64,000 bases of DNA, taken from Hyphomicrobiaceae bacterium. Its GTDB lineage: Bacteria > Pseudomonadota > Alphaproteobacteria > Rhizobiales > Hyphomicrobiaceae. Below, piece by piece: positions 18,933 through 28,549 of this stretch. Position numbers and translations under genes: made by a program. The stretch's first letter is position 1, and every line of letters begins with the position of its first letter. The notes beneath the pieces were generated by a model. The model saw only the letters and a program-made list of their open reading frames with translations. It made no database searches and was not told the origin of the DNA. The stretch is taken from assembly GCA_041288195.1 (NCBI GenBank), contig JBGGME010000045.1, forward strand, positions 4,247 through 68,246, written 5' to 3'.

Positions 18933-20996
18933 TCAAATCCCCTGCTCGTCCCTTGGGCCGCTGCCGGCGCGACGCAACAACCTGACCTCGATCGCCTCGC
19001 CCAGCTTCGCGCGCTGGATATCCAGGCCCCGCGCATCGATGGGAAGGGTCCCCTGCGCGATCGCCGCATCGATCTCCGCCCACGCCCTGAGCGGCGCAGC
19101 CCGCCGCGTGTCGAGCTCGACAAGGTCGCCCTCGCCGATGCCGGCTCGCGCCGCGTCCGCCGGATTGAGCCGGCAGATGCGACGCCGGCTTACCGGCCCC
19201 GCCCGGTAGCAGTCTTTCGCAGCCACCGCCTCGAGCCGCACGCGCCCTCCGCGGATCTCGGCCCTGCGCCGCGCCGTTGCCGCCTCGTCCACCTTGCCGT
19301 CCCCCGCGAGCACCACACCGTAGAGCCGCTCCGCCGCGCGAACCGAGACGAAGCCGAGGCCCACATCGTCGGCGACGCGCTCCGCCGGCCGCTGCAGCGG
19401 ATCGCCGTAGCCGCCGCCGCCCGCCGAGCGCAGCACTACGCGATCGCCCTCGTGCAGCACATGCCCGCCGACCTTGCCCGGCGTGTCGAAGTCGTGGATC
19501 GCGCCGCCGCCCCTGCCTTCCACCCAGCTCGCGACCGGAAGTCCGCTCATCCCGCCTAGCACGCCGAACGCCGGCACCATCGCCCCGTCCGACAGCAGCG
19601 AGTAGCGCGCCTCCGCCCCCGTCAGCCGCATGCGCCGCTGCATGGCGAGCCCGCCGCGCGAGGTCCCCGCCCCACCCGTGTCGGCCGCCAGCCGCGACTC
19701 CTCCACCAGCAGCGGAAAGCGCGTCTCGATCACCTCGGAGGACTGCACCGTCACGAGGTCGCCCCAGTCGAAGGGCGCCATGGCGGAAGGGCCGTCCGCC
19801 TCGGCAAAGCCGCCGTTGCCGCCGCCCGACCACTCGTAGTGCACCCACTCGCGCCGGCTCGCCGCATCGTAGCCGCCGATCAGGTTGTGGAACGAGGTGC
19901 GGCACAGATCGCCCGCGACCTTGTCCGGCGCCACCTGCGACAGCGCGCCGATCATGGTGGCGATCACGCGCTTCCTGATCTCGCCGTGCGAGCCCGCCGG
20001 CGCCGGCCGCGTGACGTTGACGATCGTCCCCTCGGGCGCCACCACCTCGATCGGCCGGAACGAGCCCTGGTTGAGCGGGGCTGCCGGATCGAACACCGAC
20101 TTCACCGCGATGAAGACGGAGGCCGCCGACACCGCCAGCGTCGAGTTGACGGGCACCGGCACTTGGGTCGCCGCGCCCGTGAAGTCCGCGGTCATGCGGT
20201 CGCCGGCGATGGTGAGCGCCAGCGGCAGCAGCAGCGGCTCGAACTCCCCGCCCGGGAATGTCTCCAGGTAGTCCTCGTAGTGGTAGGTGCCGTCGGGCAG
20301 GCCCGCGATGCACTTCCTCATGCGCGCCTCGGCCCGGTCGAGATCGCGCCGCACCGCCTCCATCAACACGTCGAGGCCCCAGCGCGCGATCAGCTCGCGG
20401 ATGCGCGTCTCCGCCACGCGGCAGGCGGCGATGCCGGCATGGAAGTCGCCGAGCCGCTCGTCGGGCACGCGCATGTTGGCGAGCAGGATGTCGAGCGCCG
20501 CCTCGTTGAGCCGCCCGCCCGTCATGATCTTCACCGGCGGGATGCGCACGCCCTCCTGGTAGATCTCGGTGGCCTTGCCCGACATGCTGCCGGGCACCAT
20601 GCCGCCCACGTCCGGCCAGTGCTCGCGCACGGCCGGGAAGAACGCGAGCCGCCCGCCGTCGAACACGGGATAGATGATGGTGACGTCGTTGAGATGCGTG
20701 CCGCCGAGGTAGGGATCGTTCATCAAGATCACGTCGCCGGGACCGATGTCGCCGGCAAAGCGCGCCATCGCCGAGCGCACCGACCACGGCAGCGGCACCA
20801 CGTGCGAGCCGATGTCCTCCGACTGCGCCACCACCTGCGAGTCCGGCGCGAACAGGCCGCAGGAGAAGTCCTTGGCCTCCCAGATCGCCACCGACTTGGC
20901 GGTGCGGAACACGGTCGCGCGCATCTCGCGCACCACCGAGATCAGCGCCTGCGTCAGCACCTCCAGCGTGATGGCGTCGAGCTCGCGGGCCATCAC
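18933..20996 (-). CDS. Hydantoinase B/oxoprolinase family protein with ~105-aa C-terminal extension
   Basis: LDAITLEVL..., GGTHLND, GGGGYGDP motifs. 687 aa versus my recollection of ~520-590 aa for the family. Confidence 0.85.
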   Translation of the reverse strand: MMARELDAITLEVLTQALISVVREMRATVFRTAKSVAIWEAKDFSCGLFAPDSQVVAQSEDIGSHVVPLPWSVRSAMARFAGDIGPGDVILMNDPYLGGTHLNDVTIIYPVFDGGRLAFFPAVREHWPDVGGMVPGSMSGKATEIYQEGVRIPPVKIMTGGRLNEAALDILLANMRVPDERLGDFHAGIAACRVAETRIRELIARWGLDVLMEAVRRDLDRAEARMRKCIAGLPDGTYHYEDYLETFPGGEFEPLLLPLALTIAGDRMTADFTGAATQVPVPVNSTLAVSAASVFIAVKSVFDPAAPLNQGSFRPIEVVAPEGTIVNVTRPAPAGSHGEIRKRVIATMIGALSQVAPDKVAGDLCRTSFHNLIGGYDAASRREWVHYEWSGGGNGGFAEADGPSAMAPFDWGDLVTVQSSEVIETRFPLLVEESRLAADTGGAGTSRGGLAMQRRMRLTGAEARYSLLSDGAMVPAFGVLGGMSGLPVASWVEGRGGGAIHDFDTPGKVGGHVLHEGDRVVLRSAGGGGYGDPLQRPAERVADDVGLGFVSVRAAERLYGVVLAGDGKVDEAATARRRAEIRGGRVRLEAVAAKDCYRAGPVSRRRICRLNPADAARAGIGEGDLVELDTRRAAPLRAWAEIDAAIAQGTLPIDARGLDIQRAKLGEAIEVRLLRRAGSGPRDEQGI

Positions 20997-23011
20997 TGAC
21001 GCTCCAGGACGAGCGAGCCGGAGGGCTCGAGGCGCGCGCTCCAGCTTGGCGGCAGCAGCGTGGTGGCGCCAGCCTCCTCGATGATGGCGGGTCCCGCGAT
21101 GCGCGCATCGAGCGGGATTGCCTCACGCGCCAGAATGGCGGCGTCAGCCTCCGCGCCGCCGACCACCAGACGCCGCGCCCCAATCCTGGCCGCGGCCGGC
21201 GACCGCCCCGCACCATCGAGCTTCGGCAGCTCCGGCCGCTCCATGCGCCCCCAGCCGATGAGGCGGTAGCTCACGATCTCGGACGGCGCGTCGACAGCCG
21301 CTCCGTACCGATCCGCGTAGACCCCGCGGAAGGCCGCCTCGACCTCGCTCATCTGCGCAACCTCGAGCGGCACCGGCACTGACAGCTCGAAGGCTTGTCC
21401 CAGATAGCGCATGTCGAGCGAGGCCTCGAGCCGGCGCCGCGCGGGCTCGATGCCGGCCTCGGCCAGCTCGGCATGGGCCGCTGCCGCAAGCTGCGCGAGC
21501 ATGGCGTTGACTATCGCCGGCTCCGTGCGCGCCGTTGGCGACACGCGCGTTGCCACGAAGTCGCGACGCAGGTCAGCGATCAGCAGCCCGAACGCCGAGA
21601 AGTTGCCGGGCATCGGCGGCACCAGCACAGTGCCCATGCCGAGCTCCTCGGCGATTGCCACGGCATGCAGCGGCCCCGCGCCGCCGTAGGCCAGCAGTGC
21701 GAAGTCGCGCGGGTCGAGGCCGCGCATGACCGACACCTCCTTGATGGCGGTCGCCATGTTGGCGACGGCGATGCGGATGATGCCCTCCGCCATGGCGTTG
21801 ACCCCGAGGCCGAGCCTGCCCGCGAGCCCGGCGACGGCCGCCTCCGCCCGCGCCCTGTCGAGCCTGATCTCGCCGCCGAGCGCCGCATCCACGCCGAGCC
21901 GCCCCAGCGCCACGTTGGCGTCCGTGACCGTCGGCTCCGTGCCGCCGCGCCCGTAGCAGGCGGGGCCCGGCAGCGCGCCGGCCGAGCGCGGCCCGACGCT
22001 CAGCACGCCCGTGTCGCTCAGCGCGGCGATGCTGCCGCCGCCGGCGCCGACCGAGTTGATGTCGATCTGCTGCACCTTGACCGCGAATGCCCCGACCTTG
22101 CCTCCACTGGCCATGCCGTAGGCGCCGTTGCGGATCAGGCAGACATCGGTCGACGTGCCGCCCATGTCGTAGGCGATGAGGTTGGGAAATCCCGCTGCCG
22201 CGCCGACCGCGCATGCCGCCGTCACTCCGGCCGCCGGCCCCGACAGCATCGACACCACGGGAAGCGCCTCGATGCGGCTGTCGGGCAGCACGCCGCCGTT
22301 GGAGGTCATCACGGACACCTGGGCCGGGCTGCCGGCCTGTCCAAGACGACGACGCAGAGAGGCCAGGTAGCGGCGCATGCGCGGGGCCACGTAGGCGTTG
22401 AGCGCCGTGGTGATGAACCGCTCGTGCTCGCGATACTCGGGCAATACCTCGCTCGACAGGGAGACCGCGGCATCGGGCAGCGCTGCCCGCACCAGCTCCG
22501 CCGCTCGCTGCTCGTGGACCGGATTGGCATAGGCGTGCAGGAAGCAGACCGCCACCGCCTCGGGCTTGCGCGCCCGCAGCACCTCCAGCGCCGCCGCCAG
22601 CCTGCCCTCGTCGAGCGCCCGGATGGAGCGCCCATCGGGCCCCATGCGCTCGTCCACCTCGATGCAATGGTCGCGGCGCACGATCGGCTCGGGCCCGCGC
22701 GCCTTGATGTCGTACATGACCGTGCGGTTGCCGCGACCGACGATCAGCACGTCGCGGTGGCCGGCCGTCACCAGCACGGCCATGCGCGCCCCGTTGCGCT
22801 CCAGCGCCGTGTTGGTCGCAACCGTGGTGCCGTGCACGAAGCGGGCGATGTCGCGGGCATCGAGCTTCACCTGGCCGAGGCCGTTGAAGATGCCCTCTGA
22901 CTGGTCGTGCGGCGTCGACGGCGTCTTGAGCACCTCGAGCCGGCGCGTTGTATCATCATAGACGACGAGATCGGTGAACGTACCGCCGACATCGACACCG
23001 ACCCACAGCAT
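20993..23011 (-). CDS. Hydantoinase A/oxoprolinase family protein
   Basis: VGVDVGGTFTDLV N-terminus, DMGGTSTD. ATGA overlap with the B subunit gene. Confidence 0.85.
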   Translation of the reverse strand: MLWVGVDVGGTFTDLVVYDDTTRRLEVLKTPSTPHDQSEGIFNGLGQVKLDARDIARFVHGTTVATNTALERNGARMAVLVTAGHRDVLIVGRGNRTVMYDIKARGPEPIVRRDHCIEVDERMGPDGRSIRALDEGRLAAALEVLRARKPEAVAVCFLHAYANPVHEQRAAELVRAALPDAAVSLSSEVLPEYREHERFITTALNAYVAPRMRRYLASLRRRLGQAGSPAQVSVMTSNGGVLPDSRIEALPVVSMLSGPAAGVTAACAVGAAAGFPNLIAYDMGGTSTDVCLIRNGAYGMASGGKVGAFAVKVQQIDINSVGAGGGSIAALSDTGVLSVGPRSAGALPGPACYGRGGTEPTVTDANVALGRLGVDAALGGEIRLDRARAEAAVAGLAGRLGLGVNAMAEGIIRIAVANMATAIKEVSVMRGLDPRDFALLAYGGAGPLHAVAIAEELGMGTVLVPPMPGNFSAFGLLIADLRRDFVATRVSPTARTEPAIVNAMLAQLAAAAHAELAEAGIEPARRRLEASLDMRYLGQAFELSVPVPLEVAQMSEVEAAFRGVYADRYGAAVDAPSEIVSYRLIGWGRMERPELPKLDGAGRSPAAARIGARRLVVGGAEADAAILAREAIPLDARIAGPAIIEEAGATTLLPPSWSARLEPSGSLVLERQ

Positions 23012-23017
23012 CGTCCC

Positions 23018-24643
23018 TCACTCCGTGCCGAGCTTCAGAAGGGCCTGACGATCGATCTTGCCGGTCCCCGTCTTCGGCAGCACCTCGAGGTAGGCCATGA
23101 GGCGCGGATACTTGTAGGGCAGCAGCTGCCCCTTCACGTAGTCCTGCAGCGTGCGCGTCGTCGCCTCGGACGCCTCGCCAGCCTCGTTCAGCACGACGAA
23201 GGCCTTGAGCGCGGTGAGCCCGTTGTCCTGCGCCACCGCCAGCACCGCGCACTCGCGCACGGCCGGGTGGTTTGCGAGGCAGAGCTCCACCTCCAGCGGG
23301 TAGACCCACTGCCCCGACACCTTGACGAGGTCGTCGGCGCGGCCGCGGAAGAAATGGAAGCCGTCGCCATCGCGCACGAAGCGGTCGCCGGTGTAGATCC
23401 AGCCGCCCTCGCGCATGGTCTCGGCGGTCTTGTCGGGGCGGTTCCAGTAGCCGGGGCTGTTGGAGTCGCCGCGCACCCACAAGATGCCCTCCTCGCCGTC
23501 CGCCACCTCGAGCCCGTCGCTGTCGCGCAGCACCACCTCGTATCCCGGCACGCGCTTGCCTGCGGCGCCGAGCTTGCGCATCTGGGGCGTGTTGGAGAGG
23601 TAGATGTGCAGCACCTCCGTCGAGCCCAGGCCCTCCATGATCTCGAGGCCCGACATCGCCTTCCACTCGTTGAACACCTCGGCCGAGAGCACCTCGGCGG
23701 CTGACACGGCAAGGCGCAGGCTGGCGAGGTCGGCCGACTTGGCCTCGGGCGCCTTGGTCAGCGCGGTGTAGAGCGTCGGCAGGCCGAAGAACACGGTCGG
23801 TTTGTAGCGGGCAATGCAGTCAAAGATGGCGGCGGGGCGCGGCTGGCCGGGCAGCAGGACGCTCGATGCCCCGACCGCGAACGGGAAGGTGATCGAGTTG
23901 CCCATGCCGTAGGCGAAGAAGATCTTCGGGACAGAGAAGCACACGTCGCGCTCGCTCAGCCCCAGCAGGTGGCGCGCGTAGGAGAGATGCGTGTAGGCCA
24001 TGTCGTGCTGCAGGTGCACGATGCCCTTCGGCCGGCCCGTCGAGCCCGACGAGTACATCCAGAACGCCATGTCGTCGCGGTGCGTGTCGGCGGGCACGAG
24101 CGCCGGCACCGACCCGGCGAGCCACGGTGCGGCCGGCTGCGTCGCCACGGGGCCGGCAGCCGCCTCGCCGTTGGTGACGACGAGGGTTCTCAGCTTCGTG
24201 CCGTCGCACGCCGTCGCATTGAACCTGTCGGCGAAAGCAGCGTCCGCAACAGCAACCGTCGCCCCCGAATCCGACAGATAGAACTGCAGCAGATCGGACG
24301 GCGTCAGCGTATTGATGAGCAGCGGCACGAGGCCCGCACGGATGGCGCCGAACAGCGCCGCCGGATAGGCCGGCGTGTCGTCGAGGAACAGCAGCACACG
24401 GTCGCCGCGCTGCAGCCCGAGCGACAGCAGCCCGGCGCCGAATGCCGCGACATCCGCGGCCAGCTCGGCGTAGGTGCGGGTCCCCGCCGGCCCGATGACA
24501 GCGGGACGCCAGCCGTTGGCCGCGAGGTTGTCGTAGAGGATGGCGCTGGCGTTGTAGCGCTCTGGGGTCGAGAAGCCGATCTCCCGGGTGCCCGGCGCAT
24601 CGCGGGGAACCGCATCCTCCAGCGTGGCTGCCTTCGCGCTCAT
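23018..24643 (-). CDS. Aryl-CoA ligase (benzoate/aminobenzoate-CoA ligase-like, AMP-forming)
   Basis: AMP-binding motif YSSGSTGRPKG, YTGD, GKIDR. Start taken at ATG 24643, 10 nt after the monooxygenase stop. Confidence 0.85.
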   Translation of the reverse strand: MSAKAATLEDAVPRDAPGTREIGFSTPERYNASAILYDNLAANGWRPAVIGPAGTRTYAELAADVAAFGAGLLSLGLQRGDRVLLFLDDTPAYPAALFGAIRAGLVPLLINTLTPSDLLQFYLSDSGATVAVADAAFADRFNATACDGTKLRTLVVTNGEAAAGPVATQPAAPWLAGSVPALVPADTHRDDMAFWMYSSGSTGRPKGIVHLQHDMAYTHLSYARHLLGLSERDVCFSVPKIFFAYGMGNSITFPFAVGASSVLLPGQPRPAAIFDCIARYKPTVFFGLPTLYTALTKAPEAKSADLASLRLAVSAAEVLSAEVFNEWKAMSGLEIMEGLGSTEVLHIYLSNTPQMRKLGAAGKRVPGYEVVLRDSDGLEVADGEEGILWVRGDSNSPGYWNRPDKTAETMREGGWIYTGDRFVRDGDGFHFFRGRADDLVKVSGQWVYPLEVELCLANHPAVRECAVLAVAQDNGLTALKAFVVLNEAGEASEATTRTLQDYVKGQLLPYKYPRLMAYLEVLPKTGTGKIDRQALLKLGTE

Positions 24644-24653
24644 CCCCGCCCCA

Positions 24654-25781
24654 TCATCCGGCGCGCGCATCATAGCGGGCCATGAAGCGCGGCGACATGG
24701 CCCTCAGCCGGTCATCGTCGAGGCGGCCCGAGCGCCGGATGTAGCTCATGGCGAGATCGAGGGGAGCCAGCCGCATGTGCTCGGGGAAGCGGTCGTACCA
24801 GGCCGCCGACCGGCGCGATGCCGCGACGAGCTTCTCCAGCGTCGGCCGCCGGCTCGCCTCGTAGCGCGCGAGGCCCGCCGCGAGATCGCCGGGCTCGGCC
24901 TCCAGCGCCTTGACGAGCGCCAGCGCATCCTCCAGTGCCAGCCGCGTGCCCGAGCCGATCGAGTAGTGCGCGGTGTGCAGCGCGTCGCCGATCAGCACGC
25001 AGTTGCGGTACGACCAGCGCGCGTTCGCGACCCATGGGAAATTGCGCCAGATCGACTTGTTGGAGACGAGCGCATGCCCGCCCAGCGCCTCCTCGAACAC
25101 GCCCTCGCAGATGCGGCGGCTCTCCTGCTCGTCGGCCCTGTCGAGCCCCGCGCGCACCCAGGTCTCGGGATCGCACTCGACGATGAAGGTGCTCATGGCC
25201 GGGGCGTAGCGGTAGTGGTGGGCGTTGAAGGTGCCGAGCTCGTTGGCGACGAACGTCTGCGTCAGCGTGTCGAAGGGCTTGGTCGTGCCGTACCAGGCAA
25301 ACTTGCTCTCCGCATGCTCCAGCGTGAAACCAAATTCGCGCTCGAACGTCCGCCGCACCAGCGAGTTGACGCCGTCGGCGGCAACGATCAGGTCCTGCTG
25401 CCCCAGCTCATCCAGCGACGTCAGCTGCGTGCCGAACCGCAGATCGACGCCGGCCTCGCGGGCGCGCTGCTGCAGGAGCCGCAGCAGGTCCAGCCGGCCG
25501 ATCGCAGAGAAGCCGACCCCGTCGATCACCACCCGCTCGCCCAGATGCACGATGGCGATGTCGCGCCACCCCTGCATATGCGGCGCGATCGCCGCGACGG
25601 TCTCGGGGTCGTCGTCGCGCAGGAACTCGAGCGCCTGGTCGGAGAACACGACGCCGAAGCCCCAGGTGGCGTCGGCGGCGTTCTGCTCGACGAGGCGCAC
25701 CTCGTCGCCGGGATGGCGCCGCTGCCACAGCGCCGAGAAGTAGAGCCCGGCCGGTCCGCCGCCCACGACTGCAACGCGCAT
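24654..25781 (-). CDS. FAD-dependent monooxygenase resembling the N-terminal half of anthraniloyl-/salicylyl-CoA monooxygenase-reductases
   Basis: MRVAVVGGGPAGLYF..., TWGFGVVFSDQALEFLR, ADGVNS, GDALHTAHYSIGSGT. Start is an internal ATG at 25781 of a 554-aa ORF. Confidence 0.8.
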   Translation of the reverse strand: MRVAVVGGGPAGLYFSALWQRRHPGDEVRLVEQNAADATWGFGVVFSDQALEFLRDDDPETVAAIAPHMQGWRDIAIVHLGERVVIDGVGFSAIGRLDLLRLLQQRAREAGVDLRFGTQLTSLDELGQQDLIVAADGVNSLVRRTFEREFGFTLEHAESKFAWYGTTKPFDTLTQTFVANELGTFNAHHYRYAPAMSTFIVECDPETWVRAGLDRADEQESRRICEGVFEEALGGHALVSNKSIWRNFPWVANARWSYRNCVLIGDALHTAHYSIGSGTRLALEDALALVKALEAEPGDLAAGLARYEASRRPTLEKLVAASRRSAAWYDRFPEHMRLAPLDLAMSYIRRSGRLDDDRLRAMSPRFMARYDARAG

Positions 25782-25810
25782 GGCGACCTCGCGAGATGGA
25801 GCGGCGGCCT

Positions 25811-26773
25811 CTATCCCCTGGTCTTGGCGATCACCTCGGCGCCGAAGCGCTCGATGCGCGCCACCGCGTCCGCGCCCGTCGCCCCGCCGAGGCGCAGGGC
25901 CACATGTCCGACGCCGGCCGCGGAGAGGGCAGCGGCATCGGCAGCCATGTCGGCCGAGGTGCCCGTGAACATGCGCCGCGCCGAGCCGTCCTGGGTCTTG
26001 TAGTCGCCCCACTCGAAGAAGTCCTGCACCAGCAGCGCCACGCCGAGGCTCGCCGGATCGCGCTTGGCCGCCTCGCACATGCGCTTGACGTCGGCGATGC
26101 CGGCGGCCAGGCGCTTGGGCGTATCGAGGGGCTTCGTCTGGCTGTTGTTGCCGGGATACCAGACGTTGCCGAACCTGATGACGCGGCGGAACGCGCCGGG
26201 GCTCTCGCCGCCGATCCAGAGCGGCGGATGCGGCTTCTGCAGCGGCTTGGGATAGAACACCGCGTCCGTAAAGCTCACGTGCGTGCCGTGATAGGAGACG
26301 GGCCCGTCCTTGGTCCACAGCGCGATGAAGGCCTCCAGGCTCTCGTCGGTGACCTTGCCGCGCTGCTCGAACGGGGCGCCCAGCAGCTTGAATTCCTCCC
26401 CCATCCAGCCCGCGCCGGCGCCGATGATGAGCCGGCCGTTGGCGAGCACGTCGATGGTGGAGAGCATCTTGGCCGTCAGCATCGCCGGCCGATGCGGCAC
26501 CACCATCACCGACGTCAGCAACCGCAGCTTCTCGGTGCAGCCGGCGAGGAATGCGATGGTGGAGAGCTGGTCGAAGCAGTGGCCGTGCTCGGTGGCCCCG
26601 AACGCGCCCGTCGCCGTGTAGGGATAGCGCGTCTTCAAGTTCCCCGGCACGATCAGGTGGTCGCTGACGGAGAGGAAATCGAAGCCCGCGCGCTCGGCCG
26701 CCTTGGCTACGCCTATGTAGTTGTCGCGGTTGGAGAAGATGCCCCGCGTCAGCGTGCTCAATCCGAACTTCAT
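25811..26773 (-). CDS. Luciferase-like (LLM class) flavin/F420-dependent oxidoreductase
   Basis: MKFGLS..., AERAGFDFLSVSDHL, NGRLIIGAGAGW, PHPPLWIGG motifs of the LLM family. Confidence 0.8.
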   Translation of the reverse strand: MKFGLSTLTRGIFSNRDNYIGVAKAAERAGFDFLSVSDHLIVPGNLKTRYPYTATGAFGATEHGHCFDQLSTIAFLAGCTEKLRLLTSVMVVPHRPAMLTAKMLSTIDVLANGRLIIGAGAGWMGEEFKLLGAPFEQRGKVTDESLEAFIALWTKDGPVSYHGTHVSFTDAVFYPKPLQKPHPPLWIGGESPGAFRRVIRFGNVWYPGNNSQTKPLDTPKRLAAGIADVKRMCEAAKRDPASLGVALLVQDFFEWGDYKTQDGSARRMFTGTSADMAADAAALSAAGVGHVALRLGGATGADAVARIERFGAEVIAKTRG

Positions 26774-26786
26774 TGCGAGGCCCCCG

Positions 26787-27194
26787 TTACGCCTTGCCGC
26801 CGGCCTCTTTGGCCTTCACGTCCTTGAACACCTCGGCCGCCACCAGCATGGACTCGCGGATGATGGGCACGCCGACGTAGCCCGACAGATGCAGGAGCAC
26901 CTCCGTCAGCTCGTCCTCGGTCCAGCCCTCCTTGAGGGCGAAGCGCAGGTGGATGTCGAGCTCGGGATGGCGCCCGGTCGCGGCGTCCGAGACGACGCAG
27001 ATGAGCGTGCGGGTCTTCATGTCGAGCCCCGGCCGCGCCCACAGCGAGCCGAACACTGTCTCGGTGGCGACGTCGATGAACTTCTTCATCACGGGACTGG
27101 CGTGGTACTCGGCCTGCCGGCGCTTGAACGCCGCCTCGCCCATCAGGCTCTTCCGGATCGCCTCGCCCTTCTTGTAAAGCTCGCTCTCGGCCAT
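26787..27194 (-). CDS. Carboxymuconolactone decarboxylase family protein
   Basis: LWARPGLDMKTRTLI...TEDELTEVLLHLSGYVGVP pattern of the CMD/PcaC family. Internal ATG 27194. Confidence 0.8.
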   Translation of the reverse strand: MAESELYKKGEAIRKSLMGEAAFKRRQAEYHASPVMKKFIDVATETVFGSLWARPGLDMKTRTLICVVSDAATGRHPELDIHLRFALKEGWTEDELTEVLLHLSGYVGVPIIRESMLVAAEVFKDVKAKEAGGKA

Positions 27195-27300
27195 GCTCGT
27201 CTCCTCACCCTGGTTGTTGGGGCGATCTTGCACGAAGCGGGCGGGGCGCGCTACGGCTCGGCGCTCATAGGTCGGTTGCGAGAACGACGGGAGGCGCACC

Positions 27301-27675
27301 ATGAAGGCACAGGCCACGACGCTCTATCCCTTCGTGCCGTCGGGCCCCGATTTCGAGGTCGCGATCGCGTTCTTCGCCGAGCTCGGCTTCGCCAGGCAGT
27401 GGCAGCACGAGGGCCTCGCCGGCCTCCGCTTCGGGGGCGCCTACTTCATGCTGCAGAAGATCGACGTGCCGGAGTGGCAGAGGAACCAGATGATCACCTA
27501 CGAGGTCGACGACCTCGAGGCCTACTGGTCGGAGATCGATGCCAAGAGCCTGCCCGCCCGCTTCCCGGGCGTGCGCACGCGCCCGCCAACCGACTTCCCC
27601 TGGGGCCGCAAGATCCACATCATCGATCCCGCGGGCGTGTGCTGGCACGTCCGCCAGGCGAGCCGGCCGACCTGA
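27301..27675 (+). CDS. Glyoxalase/bleomycin-resistance (VOC) family protein
   Basis: 124 aa with paired beta-alpha-beta-beta-beta-like pattern and C-terminal WGRKIHIIDPAGVCWHV, typical of VOC proteins. Confidence 0.65.
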   Translation: MKAQATTLYPFVPSGPDFEVAIAFFAELGFARQWQHEGLAGLRFGGAYFMLQKIDVPEWQRNQMITYEVDDLEAYWSEIDAKSLPARFPGVRTRPPTDFPWGRKIHIIDPAGVCWHVRQASRPT

Positions 27676-27691
27676 CGAGCCGAGCCCGCCC

Positions 27692-28426
27692 TCAGGCCGG
27701 CGGCGCCACCGACAGGCCGACGACCTTGTGGCGCTCGATCAGCCGCGCGACCAGGCCCGAGGCCTTCGCCTCCTCGGCGAACGTGCGCAGCCAGGCCGCG
27801 CCGGCCGTGTTCTTGCGCGCGGTGCCGATCGCCTGCTGCACGGCCGTGAACTGCCCGTCGAGGATGCGGGCGCCGGGGAGCTTCTTGACGTCGGTGATGA
27901 GCCGCGGCCGCAGTCCCGCGAGCGCATCGAGCTTGTCGGCGACGAACTTCTCGTAGGCGCTGTCGAGGCTGTCCGTGCGCACCAGCGTGGCGGCCTTGAT
28001 GTTGCGGTCGAGCCAGAGGCCGTAGGCGGCCCGTCCCGTCACGGCGATCTTGACGCCCGGCTTGTCGACATCCGCGATGGTCTTCAACGGCGAGCCGGCG
28101 GGCACCATGTAGGTCGCCTCGATCTCGCAGTAGGCGGCGGTGAACGCGATCTTCTCGGCCCGCTGCGGCTCGGCGCCGATCAGCCCGATATCCCAGGCGC
28201 CCGCATCTGCCGCGTCGGCGAGCTCGCCCGGCGTCTTGAAGGGCGCGTACTTGACCGGCACGCCGAGGCGCTGCGCGATCTCCGCGGCCATGTCGGGGGA
28301 GACGCCGACGGGATCGCCTGTCGGGCTCTTGCCCGTCACGAGCAGGAAATTCGACAAGTTGATGCCGGCGCGCAGGACACCCGTCGGCGCAAGCTGCGAG
28401 ATGACATCCTTGGAGACCTGAGACAT
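27692..28426 (-). CDS. Family-3 solute-binding-protein fold protein without signal peptide
   Basis: LRAGINLSNFLLV...DIGLIGAEPQRAEKIAFTAAY pattern of SBP_bac_3. N-terminus MSQVSKDVISQLAPTG is not hydrophobic. No ABC permease or ATPase genes adjacent. Confidence 0.75.
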   Translation of the reverse strand: MSQVSKDVISQLAPTGVLRAGINLSNFLLVTGKSPTGDPVGVSPDMAAEIAQRLGVPVKYAPFKTPGELADAADAGAWDIGLIGAEPQRAEKIAFTAAYCEIEATYMVPAGSPLKTIADVDKPGVKIAVTGRAAYGLWLDRNIKAATLVRTDSLDSAYEKFVADKLDALAGLRPRLITDVKKLPGARILDGQFTAVQQAIGTARKNTAGAAWLRTFAEEAKASGLVARLIERHKVVGLSVAPPA

Positions 28427-28549
28427 GAAGACCGCTCCCGCGATGAGAACCCGAGGTGCACCATACGTTGAGCGGCGCCCTCACAGCAACGGCGCGCTAT
28501 AGTGACCCGGCACCGTGCCCGCCCCCGAAGCCAGAGGACGAACCCCGCG

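Noticed and set aside
18154-21216. 1020-aa ORF on the - strand spanning the hydantoinase genes.
   Set aside because: It is out of frame with two well-supported genes on the same strand. Its translation is Arg/Gly/Ala/Pro-rich low-complexity sequence, typical of spurious long ORFs in high-G+C DNA.
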